A stretch of DNA of 54,543 bases, taken from NCBI GenBank assembly GCA_024275095.1, contig JAJRZV010000017.1:1-54543 (forward strand), given 5' to 3'. This DNA is from a bacterium (GTDB lineage: Bacteria > JAJRZV01). Both the position numbers and the translations under genes were made by a program. This document shows, piece by piece, positions 9,832-19,905 of this stretch. Position 1 is the first letter of the stretch, and the number at the start of each line of letters is the position of its first letter. The notes below the pieces were generated by a model. The model was given only the letters and a program-made list of their open reading frames with translations, had not been told where the DNA came from and did not search any database.

Positions 9832-10755
9832 TCAGGCCGTTACGGGGTCTCCAGCGGAAACCACCCTGAAATCCTTCAAAACTCGAAAGAAAAAATCTTT
9901 TGCACTACTTTGGCGAGGCACCATCATCCGAACACCGTCCAGCAATAGAGTGCCTGCACGATATGAAGCAGCTTCAAGAGGACATGCGTGACGCCGTAGA
10001 AACTTAAAGGTATTGCGACGAATAAGCCGTGCCACATGAGAAGTAAGAGAATAATCACCGGACTCCAGGTGCACCACCGCCGGGACCGGAATAAAATAAT
10101 TTTTCCATCCTTTTTGCCTGCACCGCCACTGGAAATCAGCATCCTCAACGTACATGAAAATATCTTCATCGAAAAAGCCCACCTCTGTGAAAACCTTTGA
10201 ACGAATCAGGATGCACACACCATTGAGAAAAGATACCGGCATAGGGGTACGAATTTTTTCCGAGTGAGGAAGCCTTTTCGGCCACAGCATCCACAGGATT
10301 TTGTGCTTGATAAGATTCTTCAAAAAAGGGTATTCGAGAATTGTATTCTGAACCACGCCTTCTTTTTGCCAGTACACAAGGGGACCTGTAACACCAGCAT
10401 CAGAGACATTTTCCATGAATTCTACAAGCACATTGAGAAAATTCCCGTTGATCACCCGTGTGTCAGGATTTACAAGAAGTACGTATTCTGGATTCACGGT
10501 TCTTAACGCGTGCAGTATCCCTGCGTTGTTACCACCTGTATAACCACGGTTTTCAGCGAGAAAAATCAGCTCTGCCCCCCTGGGATGTTCTTTTACAAGG
10601 CGTTCTCTCTCTTCTGACCTGCTCGCGCAATCCACAATCACCATCTGCTGAAAACTTCCTCGACAAAGTTGATAAAAGGAACGAACGCAGTCAAGCGTCA
10701 GGGCGGAAGAGTTATAATTAACAATCACGATGCTGACACGAACATCTCTGTGCAT
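9832..10755 (-). CDS. Glycosyltransferase family 2
   Basis: SIVIVNYN, NRGYTGGNNAG, LVNPD, GFFDEDIFMYVEDAD. Confidence 0.93.
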   Translation of the reverse strand: MHRDVRVSIVIVNYNSSALTLDCVRSFYQLCRGSFQQMVIVDCASRSEERERLVKEHPRGAELIFLAENRGYTGGNNAGILHALRTVNPEYVLLVNPDTRVINGNFLNVLVEFMENVSDAGVTGPLVYWQKEGVVQNTILEYPFLKNLIKHKILWMLWPKRLPHSEKIRTPMPVSFLNGVCILIRSKVFTEVGFFDEDIFMYVEDADFQWRCRQKGWKNYFIPVPAVVHLESGDYSLTSHVARLIRRNTFKFLRRHACPLEAASYRAGTLLLDGVRMMVPRQSSAKDFFFRVLKDFRVVSAGDPVTA

Positions 10756-10790
10756 GGAAAGAGATTATAGCATGGAGATATTTTGCACGC

Positions 10791-10819
10791 TTGCACCCGT
10801 CCGTGCGTTCACCTAAAAT
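10791..10819 (+). promoter_or_regulatory. Putative sigma-70 promoter of the outer-membrane protein / phosphoesterase / bio operon
   Basis: TTGCAC (10791-10796) - 17 nt - TAAAAT (10814-10819), 7 nt before GTG 10827. Confidence 0.6.
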
Positions 10820-11565
10820 GACCACTGTGACATACAGCAAAAAATACTTTCTGTTTGGTTTTCTTTCCTTTCTTTTACTGCCTGATGTTTCATCCCGTGC
10901 GGAATTGCAGGTTGTAAAAAAAAACTCGTTGGCGCATTCAACGGGCTGAAGCATGGTACCGGCTGGTGTACTCATCCGCAAAGGCTCCGGTTTCCCTCGC
11001 GTTAAGACCCGTTGGAGGTGAGGGAGTGGACCACTGGATGGGTGTAAATTTCTTCCTCGGTCCCCGCCGGGGACTCAGGGTTTTTGCCATATACATAAAC
11101 CGGCGTGGAATGGTGAGATCCGGTGGCGGAAGTGAAATTTTTTATACATTTCTCAACAGGCCTTTTCCTCTTTTAACACTGGCCTTGGGAACCCTGGGCG
11201 ACGGAGGTGGCGCGGCTGGAATATATGGAAAAATCGAAGTAAGCGGCGAAGCGGGTGTGGTGGATTGGAACGGCTTTTTGCATCTGGAGAAAGCATTTGC
11301 CACTGAAAGGGATGTTGTCGATGTGATCCTGGGCGGGTCTGCCACAGTAAAAATCACCTCTTCTTTAAGCACAGGGTTACGGTACCTGGTACAGGATTTA
11401 GAAGATCTGTGGGAAAACGAAGAGGCAGAAGGCGGTATGCTCCAGGAAGTATCCTTTCTCATCTCCATGAAAAAAGGCACCCTGGGCGCGGGATTGGCTC
11501 CGGGAATTGTCATGGGAAGAAGCAATGGATTTTCCATGACCTTCGAAACCAAATTAATGTTTTGA
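10818..11565 (+). pseudogene. Probable outer-membrane beta-barrel protein, frameshifted in an A9 tract
   Basis: ATG 10818 / GTG 10827 opens a signal peptide (YSKKYFLFGFLSFLLLPDVSSRA). Deleting one A from 10916-10924 joins it in frame to ORF 10966-11565, which ends in the barrel-type C-terminus FSMTFETKLMF. Confidence 0.7.
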
Positions 11566-11582
11566 AAGATCAGGAGAGAGCA

Positions 11583-13988
11583 ATGAAGAGACCATTCGCT
11601 CGCAGCATAGTGATATCAGTGATATTAACGGCATTCGTGACAGGAGCCTGTGAACACAAAAAGGAAAAGATCTGCTCTTTGGGAGTACCCTCCCCGATCG
11701 CATTCCTCCGTTATGGTGAGCGTTACGGCGATGCCACTTCAATTCTCAACGGTCGACTCATCTCCCCTGCAGGTGAAAGTGTATCTGTAGGGACATTTCC
11801 CCTGGGTCTTGCTGTTTCTCCTGACGGACGCTTTGTCGCTGTTTCCAACAACGGTGCAGAGGATATCTTCACCCCGGGCCTGCCTTCAACATTGTATCAA
11901 TCGATATACGTGTATTCTGTAACTGAAAAAATCATAACTGCAATACTTCCCGAACCGTCGCTTTACATCGGTGTCGCATTTTCTCCCGATGGGAGGTTTC
12001 TCTACGCGGCAGGTGGAGGTGGTAATGCAATAATGCAATACAGTGTGGACTCCGGTTTTGCTCCTTCCGCCATCTGGACGGTGTACGGGTATCCCACGGG
12101 AATTTTTGCTTCCGAAACGCGCGTGTACGTTACCCTCCAGCACGAACACACCCTTTTAACGCTCGATGCCTCCACCGGAGAAATTATCCAAGAAGCGCCC
12201 ACCGGCCCCTATCCCTATGATGTCGTCGTGGATGAAAACGCCGGTTATGCCTACGTGAGCAACTGGGGAGCGGACTATATTTCTATTATAAATTTGACCG
12301 ATTCCGCATCTTCACTTACGGTTACCGTGGGCAAAAATCCCGAAGGACTGGCACTCTCTCCCTCCGGTGACGTGCTCTATGTGGCATGCAGCGATGAAGA
12401 CGCTCTCGCGGCAGTGAGCGTCCCGGAAGGGGTGTTACTCCATAAGATCCCCCTGATCGCTTCACCCTATCCCGGGGCTGTCCCTTCCGACGTGGCGGTG
12501 ACACCCGATGGAAAGTACGTGCTTGTAACCCTATCGGGGGACAATGCCGCCGCCGTTGTGGCAACGGACACCATGACCGTTGAAGGCTACATACCCACCG
12601 CGTACTACCCTTCCTCAATTGGCATTTCACCTGATGGGAATTTCATTTTCGTGACAAATGCCAGGGGCGAAACCCCCTATCCCAACGTGGCCGGCGAGTA
12701 CATCGTGCAGGTGATCCGTGGTACGTTTTCCATCATCCCGTTCCCATCACCTGAAACTCTTGCCGAATACACCACCGCCGTAACGAGAAACAATAACGTT
12801 ACGTCTTCCTTCTTCAACATTCCCCCCGACTGCGACTCCCTGGACATTCCGGTGCCCCTGAAACACGGAAAGACCTCTCCGACCATCAAGCACGTGGTCT
12901 ACATCGTGCGTGAAAATAAAACATACGACTCCTACCTGGGCGACTACGAAAAAGGAAACGGAGACCCTGACCTTGCAGTGTTCGGGGAAAACACGGCCTT
13001 CGGAAACGTAACACCCAACACGCACGCTCTCGCCCGCCGCTTTGCCGTGTGTGACAACTTCTACGAAGAGGCAGAACAATCCCTGCAGGGCCATATCTGG
13101 ATATCCCTGGGCTGGATAAACGATTTCATGGAACGCAACTGGGCAGGCATGTGGGCGCGTCCAGGAGAGGCGGAATTCTTTTTACCCGGCATAGAACCCG
13201 CGGCAAAACCTGGCAATCGAATGCTTTTTGACCACCTGTATGAAGAAGGCATCTCTTTCAGAATTTACGGTGATATTCTGAGCATCGCATCGGATCCCCT
13301 GGGTAAATACCGTTCCAACGTCAACTGGAAATACCCCACGTGGGCGCTTCACGTGAAAGATGTGGACAAAGCACGCATCTTTATCGAAGATCTGGAAAAA
13401 GGCATTTTTCCCCAGTTTGTATACATCTGGTTGCCCAATGACCATACCCACGGGCTTACACCGGGCACACCCACCCCGGAAAGCATGATTGCCGACAATG
13501 ACGAAGCCGTGGGAATGGTGGTGGATGCAATATCCCACAGCCCGTTTTGGAAGGAAACCGTGATTTTTATCTTTGAAGACGACCCCCAGGGAACACCCGA
13601 CCACGTGGACGTGCATCGCTCTCCGTTGCTTATCGTCAGTCCCTGGGTCAAACGAGGGTATGTATCAAGTATACACTACAGCTTTCCCTCCATACACAAA
13701 ACCATGGAGCTCATCCTGGGCGTTCAACCGCTCAGCCGGTTCGATGCCCTTGCGGCTCCCATATACGATGTCTTCTCTCCCGCTCCTGATACTGAACCCT
13801 ATACCTATATCCCCCGAAAGGTGCCTGAGAGCATATGCTGTAACGCCTCAACACCACCTGAACTCGTGGCCCGCTCAAGTGCCCTGGATTTCTCCGGGCC
13901 GGACAGGTCGCCCGGGCTGGGAAGAATTTTATGGGAATACTTCAGGCCAAACACCCCTTTTCCCGAGGACTTGGCTGACGAAGAATGA
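11583..13988 (+). CDS. Lipoprotein with YVTN/YncE beta-propeller and phosphoesterase (alkaline-phosphatase superfamily) domains
   Basis: Lipobox TGAC; repeated GxxP..LAxSPDG blades; KHVVYIVRENKTYD, CDNFY, LPNDHT, EDDPQGTPDHVD. Start at ATG 11583 with SD AGGAG. Confidence 0.9.
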   Translation: MKRPFARSIVISVILTAFVTGACEHKKEKICSLGVPSPIAFLRYGERYGDATSILNGRLISPAGESVSVGTFPLGLAVSPDGRFVAVSNNGAEDIFTPGLPSTLYQSIYVYSVTEKIITAILPEPSLYIGVAFSPDGRFLYAAGGGGNAIMQYSVDSGFAPSAIWTVYGYPTGIFASETRVYVTLQHEHTLLTLDASTGEIIQEAPTGPYPYDVVVDENAGYAYVSNWGADYISIINLTDSASSLTVTVGKNPEGLALSPSGDVLYVACSDEDALAAVSVPEGVLLHKIPLIASPYPGAVPSDVAVTPDGKYVLVTLSGDNAAAVVATDTMTVEGYIPTAYYPSSIGISPDGNFIFVTNARGETPYPNVAGEYIVQVIRGTFSIIPFPSPETLAEYTTAVTRNNNVTSSFFNIPPDCDSLDIPVPLKHGKTSPTIKHVVYIVRENKTYDSYLGDYEKGNGDPDLAVFGENTAFGNVTPNTHALARRFAVCDNFYEEAEQSLQGHIWISLGWINDFMERNWAGMWARPGEAEFFLPGIEPAAKPGNRMLFDHLYEEGISFRIYGDILSIASDPLGKYRSNVNWKYPTWALHVKDVDKARIFIEDLEKGIFPQFVYIWLPNDHTHGLTPGTPTPESMIADNDEAVGMVVDAISHSPFWKETVIFIFEDDPQGTPDHVDVHRSPLLIVSPWVKRGYVSSIHYSFPSIHKTMELILGVQPLSRFDALAAPIYDVFSPAPDTEPYTYIPRKVPESICCNASTPPELVARSSALDFSGPDRSPGLGRILWEYFRPNTPFPEDLADEE

Positions 13989-15184
13989 GGCTTCCGGGAG
14001 AGCGCAGGTGGCAGCAGGTCCTCGAGGACCTAAAAGGGCGGAATTTGCTGAGACGACTGAGGCGCCGTGGTCCAGCCTCTGGAGCAAGGGCCGTCGTAGA
14101 AGGTCAAGAGGCCTGGATACTCTGTTCCAACGATTACCTGGGCCTGTCCACACATCCCGACGTTATTCAGGCAATGATAGATGCAACCCGACGATTTGGT
14201 GCTGGAACGGGTGCAGCACGACTGATTTCAGGAAACACCTCCCTTCACGAAGAAGTCGAAGAGAAAATCGCACGCTTCAAAGGTACAGAAGCAGCCCTGT
14301 TTTTCACCTCGGGTTATCATGCAAACGTAGGTACAATCCAGGCCCTCGCAGGTGAGGGAGATGCCATCTTCAGCGATGAACTCAACCACGCCTCGATTAT
14401 CGACGGGTGCAGGCTTTCACGGGCCCGGACATTTGTCTACAGGCATCGCGACATGAACCACCTGGAAGACCTGCTTCGCAGAGAAGGTTCACGTGCCCGC
14501 ACCCGCCTTGTCGTGACTGATACTGTCTTCAGCATGGATGGAGACGTGGCACCTCTGGAGGACATTGTCCGCCTGGCAGAACAATACGATGCGGTGGTAA
14601 TGGTAGACGAGGCGCACGCCACAGGGCTTTTCGGCGAACACGGACGGGGAATGTGTGAAGAAAAAGGGATCTCAGATAAAATCCCGGTTCAGATGGGCAC
14701 CTGCGGAAAGGCACTGGGAGTGTTCGGTGCTTACGTTGCTGGTTCCAGCGAACTCGTCAATTTTCTCATCAACCGGGCCCGCTCCTTTATCTTTACCACA
14801 GCGCCCCCGCCTGGCATCTGTTTTGCGGTCATCAAAGCCCTGGAAATTGTGGAGCGAGAAAAATGGCGGAGAGAAAGGGTTCAGGCACTTGCATCACGCC
14901 TGCGCACCCTGTTGAAAAGCAAGGGGCTCAACACGCTGAACAGCGAGACACAGATTGTTCCTGTTGTCATTGGAAGTGAAAACTCCACGCTCGCCATATC
15001 CCGGGCACTGCTCAAAATGGGATTCTTTGTTCAGGGAATTCGTCCCCCTACAGTCCCTCCTGGCACATCGCGCCTGAGAGTCACAGTCAGGGCAGACCTG
15101 CCAGACGGAATAATTGAAGACTTCTGCTGTGCCCTTGAAAAGGCCATTGGCAGCACATGGAGTCCGACAGGGGAACAACCATGA
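13985..15184 (+). CDS. bioF: 8-amino-7-oxononanoate synthase
   Basis: SNDYLGL, SGYHAN, DELNHASIIDG, FSMDGD, DEAHA, TCGKALG (PLP Lys), IRPPTVP. Confidence 0.96.
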   Translation: MRLPGERRWQQVLEDLKGRNLLRRLRRRGPASGARAVVEGQEAWILCSNDYLGLSTHPDVIQAMIDATRRFGAGTGAARLISGNTSLHEEVEEKIARFKGTEAALFFTSGYHANVGTIQALAGEGDAIFSDELNHASIIDGCRLSRARTFVYRHRDMNHLEDLLRREGSRARTRLVVTDTVFSMDGDVAPLEDIVRLAEQYDAVVMVDEAHATGLFGEHGRGMCEEKGISDKIPVQMGTCGKALGVFGAYVAGSSELVNFLINRARSFIFTTAPPPGICFAVIKALEIVEREKWRRERVQALASRLRTLLKSKGLNTLNSETQIVPVVIGSENSTLAISRALLKMGFFVQGIRPPTVPPGTSRLRVTVRADLPDGIIEDFCCALEKAIGSTWSPTGEQP

Positions 15185-16566
15185 GCAGAGGCGAGCTCTG
15201 GAAAGAGATAGAGAATTCTGGACCGCAGGAATGGGATCGCTGGGACAGAGAATATGTATGGCATCCATTCACCCAGATGAGGGAATGGCTCTCTTCGCAA
15301 AACCTTACCATCGTAGCCGCCGAAGGAAATTACCTTATAGACGCGGACGGCAAACGTTATTTTGACGGAGTTTCTTCACTGTGGGTCACCATTCACGGCC
15401 ACAAACATCCCTGCCTCAACAAAGCCATTTTGGGACAGCTTAACCGTGTCGCTCATACCACGTATCTGGGGCTTGCTCATGACATGGGAGCCAAGCTGGC
15501 ACGTGCCCTTACCGGTATCTTACCCCGGCCACTGAAGCGCGTGTTTTACTCGGATAATGGATCTACAGCTGTCGAAATCGCATTGAAAATGGCCTACCAG
15601 TACTGGAGCCATCACGGACAGAAACGCCCTCGCTTCCTTTCGCTGGAGAACGCATATCACGGAGACACACTCGGTGCCGTGGGAGTGGGGGGCATTGACG
15701 TTTTTCACACTGCGTTTGGTCCCATCATTGTAAAATCTTTAAAAGCCCCATCACCCTACTGCTACAGATGTCCGCTCCGGCTGAAAAGGGAGACATGTGA
15801 TCTCGCGTGCGCTGATGAACTCGAACAGATCCTCACACAGCACAGAGACCACATATCCGCAATTATTGTAGAACCGGAAGTTCAGGCAGCAGCCGGCATG
15901 ATCGTAATGCCGGAGGGATACATCCAACGTGTAAGCGCTGCGGCACGTACACACGGCGTACTTCTTATATACGATGAAGTGGCTACCGGTTTCGGCCGTA
16001 CAGGCAGGCTCTTTGCCATGGAACACTCCGGAACAGTCCCGGATTTTGTGGCTCTTGCCAAAGGTATCACCGGCGGGTATCTCCCACTTGCTGCAACCAT
16101 CACCACAGAAGATGTGTTTGAAGCATTCTTGGGTAGTTACGAAGAATTCAAAACATTCTTCCACGGCCACACCTACACTGCCAACCCTCTGGCATGCGCT
16201 GCATCTCTTGAAAACCTGAAAATCCTTACCCACACATCATTCCTTCAACGGATAGAAAAACTTGCGCGAACTTTCTCCTGCATTCTGGAAGAGCAATTCG
16301 GGGCTCATCCCAACGCGGGCGACATCCGCATTAAGGGACTTATGGCAGGCGTCGAACTGGTAAAGGATCGAAAAAAACGTGAGCCCTTCTCCGTTGAGAA
16401 GCGGGTCGCGTGGCGCACAACGTTGAAAGTTCGAGAAAGGGGGCTGATACTCCGTCCGCTCGGCGATGTGCTCGTGTTCATGCCTCCTCTTTCATCAACT
16501 GAAGATGAACTACAATTCATGGTGGAAACGGCACGATGGGCTCTTGATGAAGTCCTCTCTTCATAA
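15181..16566 (+). CDS. bioA: Adenosylmethionine-8-amino-7-oxononanoate transaminase
   Basis: WHPFTQM, DNGSTAVEIALKMA, YHGDT, DEVATGFGRTG, AKGITGGY, HGHTY. ATGA overlap with bioF. Confidence 0.96.
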   Translation: MSRGELWKEIENSGPQEWDRWDREYVWHPFTQMREWLSSQNLTIVAAEGNYLIDADGKRYFDGVSSLWVTIHGHKHPCLNKAILGQLNRVAHTTYLGLAHDMGAKLARALTGILPRPLKRVFYSDNGSTAVEIALKMAYQYWSHHGQKRPRFLSLENAYHGDTLGAVGVGGIDVFHTAFGPIIVKSLKAPSPYCYRCPLRLKRETCDLACADELEQILTQHRDHISAIIVEPEVQAAAGMIVMPEGYIQRVSAAARTHGVLLIYDEVATGFGRTGRLFAMEHSGTVPDFVALAKGITGGYLPLAATITTEDVFEAFLGSYEEFKTFFHGHTYTANPLACAASLENLKILTHTSFLQRIEKLARTFSCILEEQFGAHPNAGDIRIKGLMAGVELVKDRKKREPFSVEKRVAWRTTLKVRERGLILRPLGDVLVFMPPLSSTEDELQFMVETARWALDEVLSS

Positions 16567-17236
16567 ACTCCACGGCGGCATATTCATAACCGGCACTGAT
16601 ACAGGTGTCGGAAAAACCCATGTCACCTGTGAAATTGCAAGGGTGCTGCGCAACGAAGGAATTGATGTGGGAGTGATGAAACCTGTCGAAACAGGAGCGA
16701 TTGCAGGAGCCGATGACCACCTGCGCCTTGCAGAGGCTGCCGCCGTTTCAGACCCTCCTGAACTCATCTGTCCTTATCTTCTTCGGGAACCCCTGGCACC
16801 TTCCGTGGCCGCCCGCATCGAGGGCAAAACCATCCGGGCAGGAGTAATAAAAAAAGCCTTTCAAAAACTCTTGAGGCGACACAAGGTCGTACTCGTGGAA
16901 GGAGCCGGGGGACTCATGGTGCCTTTGAAAGGGAAATATACCTACGCAGAACTCATCAAAGAGCTATCTCTTCCCGTCGTCGTGGTTGCTGCAGATCGCC
17001 TGGGAGTTATCAACCACACTTTGCTCACCTGCGAAACGCTTGTTCAAAAAGGACTCCAGCTCACGGGTGTGGTTCTCAACCGCATGCCTGAATTTCAGGA
17101 TCAGTCTGCAAGGTACAACTTTGAACTGCTTCGCCGCCTTTTGAATGTACCCGTGGTTGTTTGCGAGACCAGCCTCGAGAAATCCGCTATTCAGCATCTC
17201 TTCCGGGTTCTCCTCGTGAAAGCTTCCCTTCCCTGA
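16547..17236 (+). CDS. bioD: Dethiobiotin synthase
   Basis: FITGTDTGVGKT, MKPVETG, VEGAGG, LGVINH. Start placed at ATG 16547. Confidence 0.95.
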   Translation: MKSSLHKLHGGIFITGTDTGVGKTHVTCEIARVLRNEGIDVGVMKPVETGAIAGADDHLRLAEAAAVSDPPELICPYLLREPLAPSVAARIEGKTIRAGVIKKAFQKLLRRHKVVLVEGAGGLMVPLKGKYTYAELIKELSLPVVVVAADRLGVINHTLLTCETLVQKGLQLTGVVLNRMPEFQDQSARYNFELLRRLLNVPVVVCETSLEKSAIQHLFRVLLVKASLP

Positions 17237-18668
17237 TCATCTTTACGAAAATACGCACCAGTTCAGGATCAAATTGCTTCCCGGCGTTCTTTTCCAGTTC
17301 CTCTACGATCAGTTCCTTTGAAAGACCTTCCCGATACGGCCTGCTGGATGCCATGGCGTCATAGGCATCTGTAATGCAGACAATCCGTGCTCCCACCGGT
17401 ATCTCCTCCCCTTTCAGTCCCTCAGGATATCCTGTGCCATCCCATCGTTCATGATGATAATACACGATCGGGACCACATCATGGAGAAAGTGCAGAGGAA
17501 GCAGAATTTCCTTCCCTATTTCAGTATGTGCTCTGAAAAGAAGGGTCTCTTCTTCGGTAAGAGTATCGGGTTTCTTGAGATAATCAAGCCTGATACCGAT
17601 TTTACCGATATCATGAAGCAGTGCTGCCTGATAAATCCGTTCTGCAAAATCCGGGGGATACCCTGCCTCAAGAGCGAGTTCTCGAGAATACCGGGCCACC
17701 CGCTCTGAATGACCGCGCGTGTATTCGTCCTTGGCTTCAATGGCCTTGATAAGGCCCTGTACTGTTTGATGAAACGCGTTGAGCAGTTCGTTGTGAACAG
17801 CTGTGTTCTCAACAGCAGTAGAAAATACCGCCGTGACAATCTGAAAAAGTTTCAGCTTGCCTTCTGTAGGCCTCTTTAGAGGATTGAACCCGCAGATGTT
17901 TAAAAAACCGTAGTGTTTACGAAAACCCTCCACTGCGTGCACAACAACAAACTCCGGTTTTGATCCACGGGAAGAAGGGAAGAGCTTTTTCACTTCTTCG
18001 CCGACAAGAACCACATAGGGTTTATCTCCCAGCAAATCCCTGGCCACCTCGGGGTTAAAATCAAAACATACTTTTCCACCGGAACGGCATTTGTGAATTC
18101 TTTCCATCTCTCCGGACTCATCAGCAACAATAAACGCGCATGCGCTATCCGCACCGATCTCCAGCAATATAAGTTCCAAGGTTCTATTCACAATTTCTCT
18201 GATCGGCATACCAGGTTTGATTTCCGTGACGAAATTGTAAAAAGCCTCTGGATGCTCCAGGTAAGGAGTTTCCGTAAGCAACACGTTGTAATCAACGGCT
18301 CTCTTTACCGTGAGGAGAAGATTCTCCAGGTCAAAGGGCTTCACTACGTAATCAAACACTCCCTTTTTCAGAGCTTCTATGGCGCTGTCCACACTTGCGT
18401 ATCCACTCATGAGAATAGGGGTGGTGGGGATATTGAGCTCTTTCATCTGGGAAATGAGCTGGGTACCACTGATCCCGGGAAGCACCAGGTCCACAAGAGC
18501 TACATCAAAATGGCCGTCCTGAAGAAGCTCCAGCGCTTCCACTGCATCCAGTGCAGTATCAACAGAAAACCCCTCACTTTGAAAAAATTCCGTAAGCAGC
18601 CTCAGCACGTCTCTCTCGTCATCAACAATCAGGATCCGCGGGCGCCTGATGCTTTGAGCATAACGCAT
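17187..18668 (-). CDS. Response regulator with REC, GAF-like and HD-GYP (c-di-GMP phosphodiesterase) domains
   Basis: ILIVDD...VDLVLP...KPFD receiver; YTRGHSERV, LHDIGK, HHERWDGTGYP, QFDP. Confidence 0.93.
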   Translation of the reverse strand: MRYAQSIRRPRILIVDDERDVLRLLTEFFQSEGFSVDTALDAVEALELLQDGHFDVALVDLVLPGISGTQLISQMKELNIPTTPILMSGYASVDSAIEALKKGVFDYVVKPFDLENLLLTVKRAVDYNVLLTETPYLEHPEAFYNFVTEIKPGMPIREIVNRTLELILLEIGADSACAFIVADESGEMERIHKCRSGGKVCFDFNPEVARDLLGDKPYVVLVGEEVKKLFPSSRGSKPEFVVVHAVEGFRKHYGFLNICGFNPLKRPTEGKLKLFQIVTAVFSTAVENTAVHNELLNAFHQTVQGLIKAIEAKDEYTRGHSERVARYSRELALEAGYPPDFAERIYQAALLHDIGKIGIRLDYLKKPDTLTEEETLLFRAHTEIGKEILLPLHFLHDVVPIVYYHHERWDGTGYPEGLKGEEIPVGARIVCITDAYDAMASSRPYREGLSKELIVEELEKNAGKQFDPELVRIFVKMIREGKLSRGEPGRDAE

Positions 18669-18856
18669 AAAAAAATTGTATCACTTTAACCCGAAACCTT
18701 AGAAGGAAACCCGAATAACGTCATCTTGATTTTATCCGACCAGAAAAGCGATTCCTCCCGGTTTTTTCACAAAATCACCGAAGAATCCCGCGATGGCCGC
18801 GTTTTTTAGTGTATCTCAGGTGTATTGCGTTCATAAAAACAAAAATCTAAAAATCA

Positions 18857-18886
18857 TTGACACCAACAAAACTTTGTGGCAATACT
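18857..18886 (+). promoter_or_regulatory. Putative sigma-70 promoter of the lipase gene, with a palindrome in the spacer
   Basis: TTGACA (18857-18862), AATACT (18881-18886) and the spacer palindrome ACAAA-AC-TTTGT. Confidence 0.45.
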
Positions 18887-18915
18887 TACTTAAAAAGTTC
18901 CCAGGAGGAACAGAA

Positions 18916-19845
18916 ATGAAAGCAAAAACTTTAACAAAAATTGCGGTACTGCTCACGGTCACTGTGTTCTCATTGGGCGCTTCCACTGAAAAAGGATGCG
19001 GAGGAAGTAAAGGCGTCCAGAAAAAGCGGCCACCGAAAATCACTCCCACAAAATACCCCATTATCCTCGCTCACGGTTTTGCAGGATTTAAAGAGATTGC
19101 CGGAATTGAATATTTTTTCGGTGTGGCAGATTACCTGAGAAAATACGGGTTCACTGTATTCGTCACCCAGGTTGATATGTTCAATACCATAGAGGTCAGG
19201 GGCAACCAGCTTGCAGACCAGATACTGGAAATTCTCAATGAAACAGGAGCAGAAAAGGTGAACATCATCGGTCACAGCATGGGTGGACTGGATGCAAGAT
19301 ATGCCATCACACATCGGGGACTCGGCGACGTAGTCGCTTCGCTGGTGACAATTTCTACTCCCCATCATGGCACTTCCATCGCTGACGTGGCACTTGGTCT
19401 GATGGATGGGCCCGTGGAGGATGCAGTATCCATCATTTCGTGGCTTGCCGGTTGTACTGTCGACGGTGTTGATTATGACACGTGTCAGCAAGATGCCATA
19501 GATGCCGCGTGGAATCTGACAATAGAATACGTTGAAAATCAATTTAATCCTCAAACCCCGAACGACGAACGCGTGGCCTACTTTTCGTACGCAGGAATCA
19601 CGGGGCTGCACTCAAAGGATATCGTAGATCCTTTACTTATCATTCCGTATGGGATTGTTTACTCCAACGAGGGTGATAACGATGGACTGTGCTCAGTAGA
19701 AAGTGCAAAGTGGGGAACATTCCTCGGCACTGTGGAAGCAGATCACTTAGACGAAATCGGCCAGCTCGTGGGAGTAACGGGATTGTTTAACTATAAAAAA
19801 TTCTATCTGAATATAGGCCGTTTTCTCGCTGCGCAGGGGTTCTGA
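18916..19845 (+). CDS. Secreted triacylglycerol lipase (family I-like alpha/beta hydrolase)
   Basis: TKYPIILAHG, IGHSMGGLD, TPHHGT, NDGL, DHLDEIGQ. Start at ATG 18916 with SD AGGAGG; signal peptide. Confidence 0.92.
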   Translation: MKAKTLTKIAVLLTVTVFSLGASTEKGCGGSKGVQKKRPPKITPTKYPIILAHGFAGFKEIAGIEYFFGVADYLRKYGFTVFVTQVDMFNTIEVRGNQLADQILEILNETGAEKVNIIGHSMGGLDARYAITHRGLGDVVASLVTISTPHHGTSIADVALGLMDGPVEDAVSIISWLAGCTVDGVDYDTCQQDAIDAAWNLTIEYVENQFNPQTPNDERVAYFSYAGITGLHSKDIVDPLLIIPYGIVYSNEGDNDGLCSVESAKWGTFLGTVEADHLDEIGQLVGVTGLFNYKKFYLNIGRFLAAQGF

Positions 19846-19867
19846 AAAGGCAGTTTTTCACATACGA

Positions 19868-19896
19868 TTGAACTTCACCACCTTACTCCCTATAAT
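19868..19896 (+). promoter_or_regulatory. Putative sigma-70 promoter of the DUF481 gene
   Basis: TTGAAC (19868-19873) - 17 nt - TATAAT (19891-19896), 9 nt before the ATG. Confidence 0.65.
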
Positions 19897-19905
19897 GCCT
19901 CATCC

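Noticed and set aside
11409..11582. N-terminal extensions in the ORF track (11409, 8583, 18793, 25033, 32997, 36976, 41031, 46726, 50339)
   Set aside because: They overlap neighbouring genes or promoters. Downstream starts have SD sequences, stop/start coupling or intact signal peptides.
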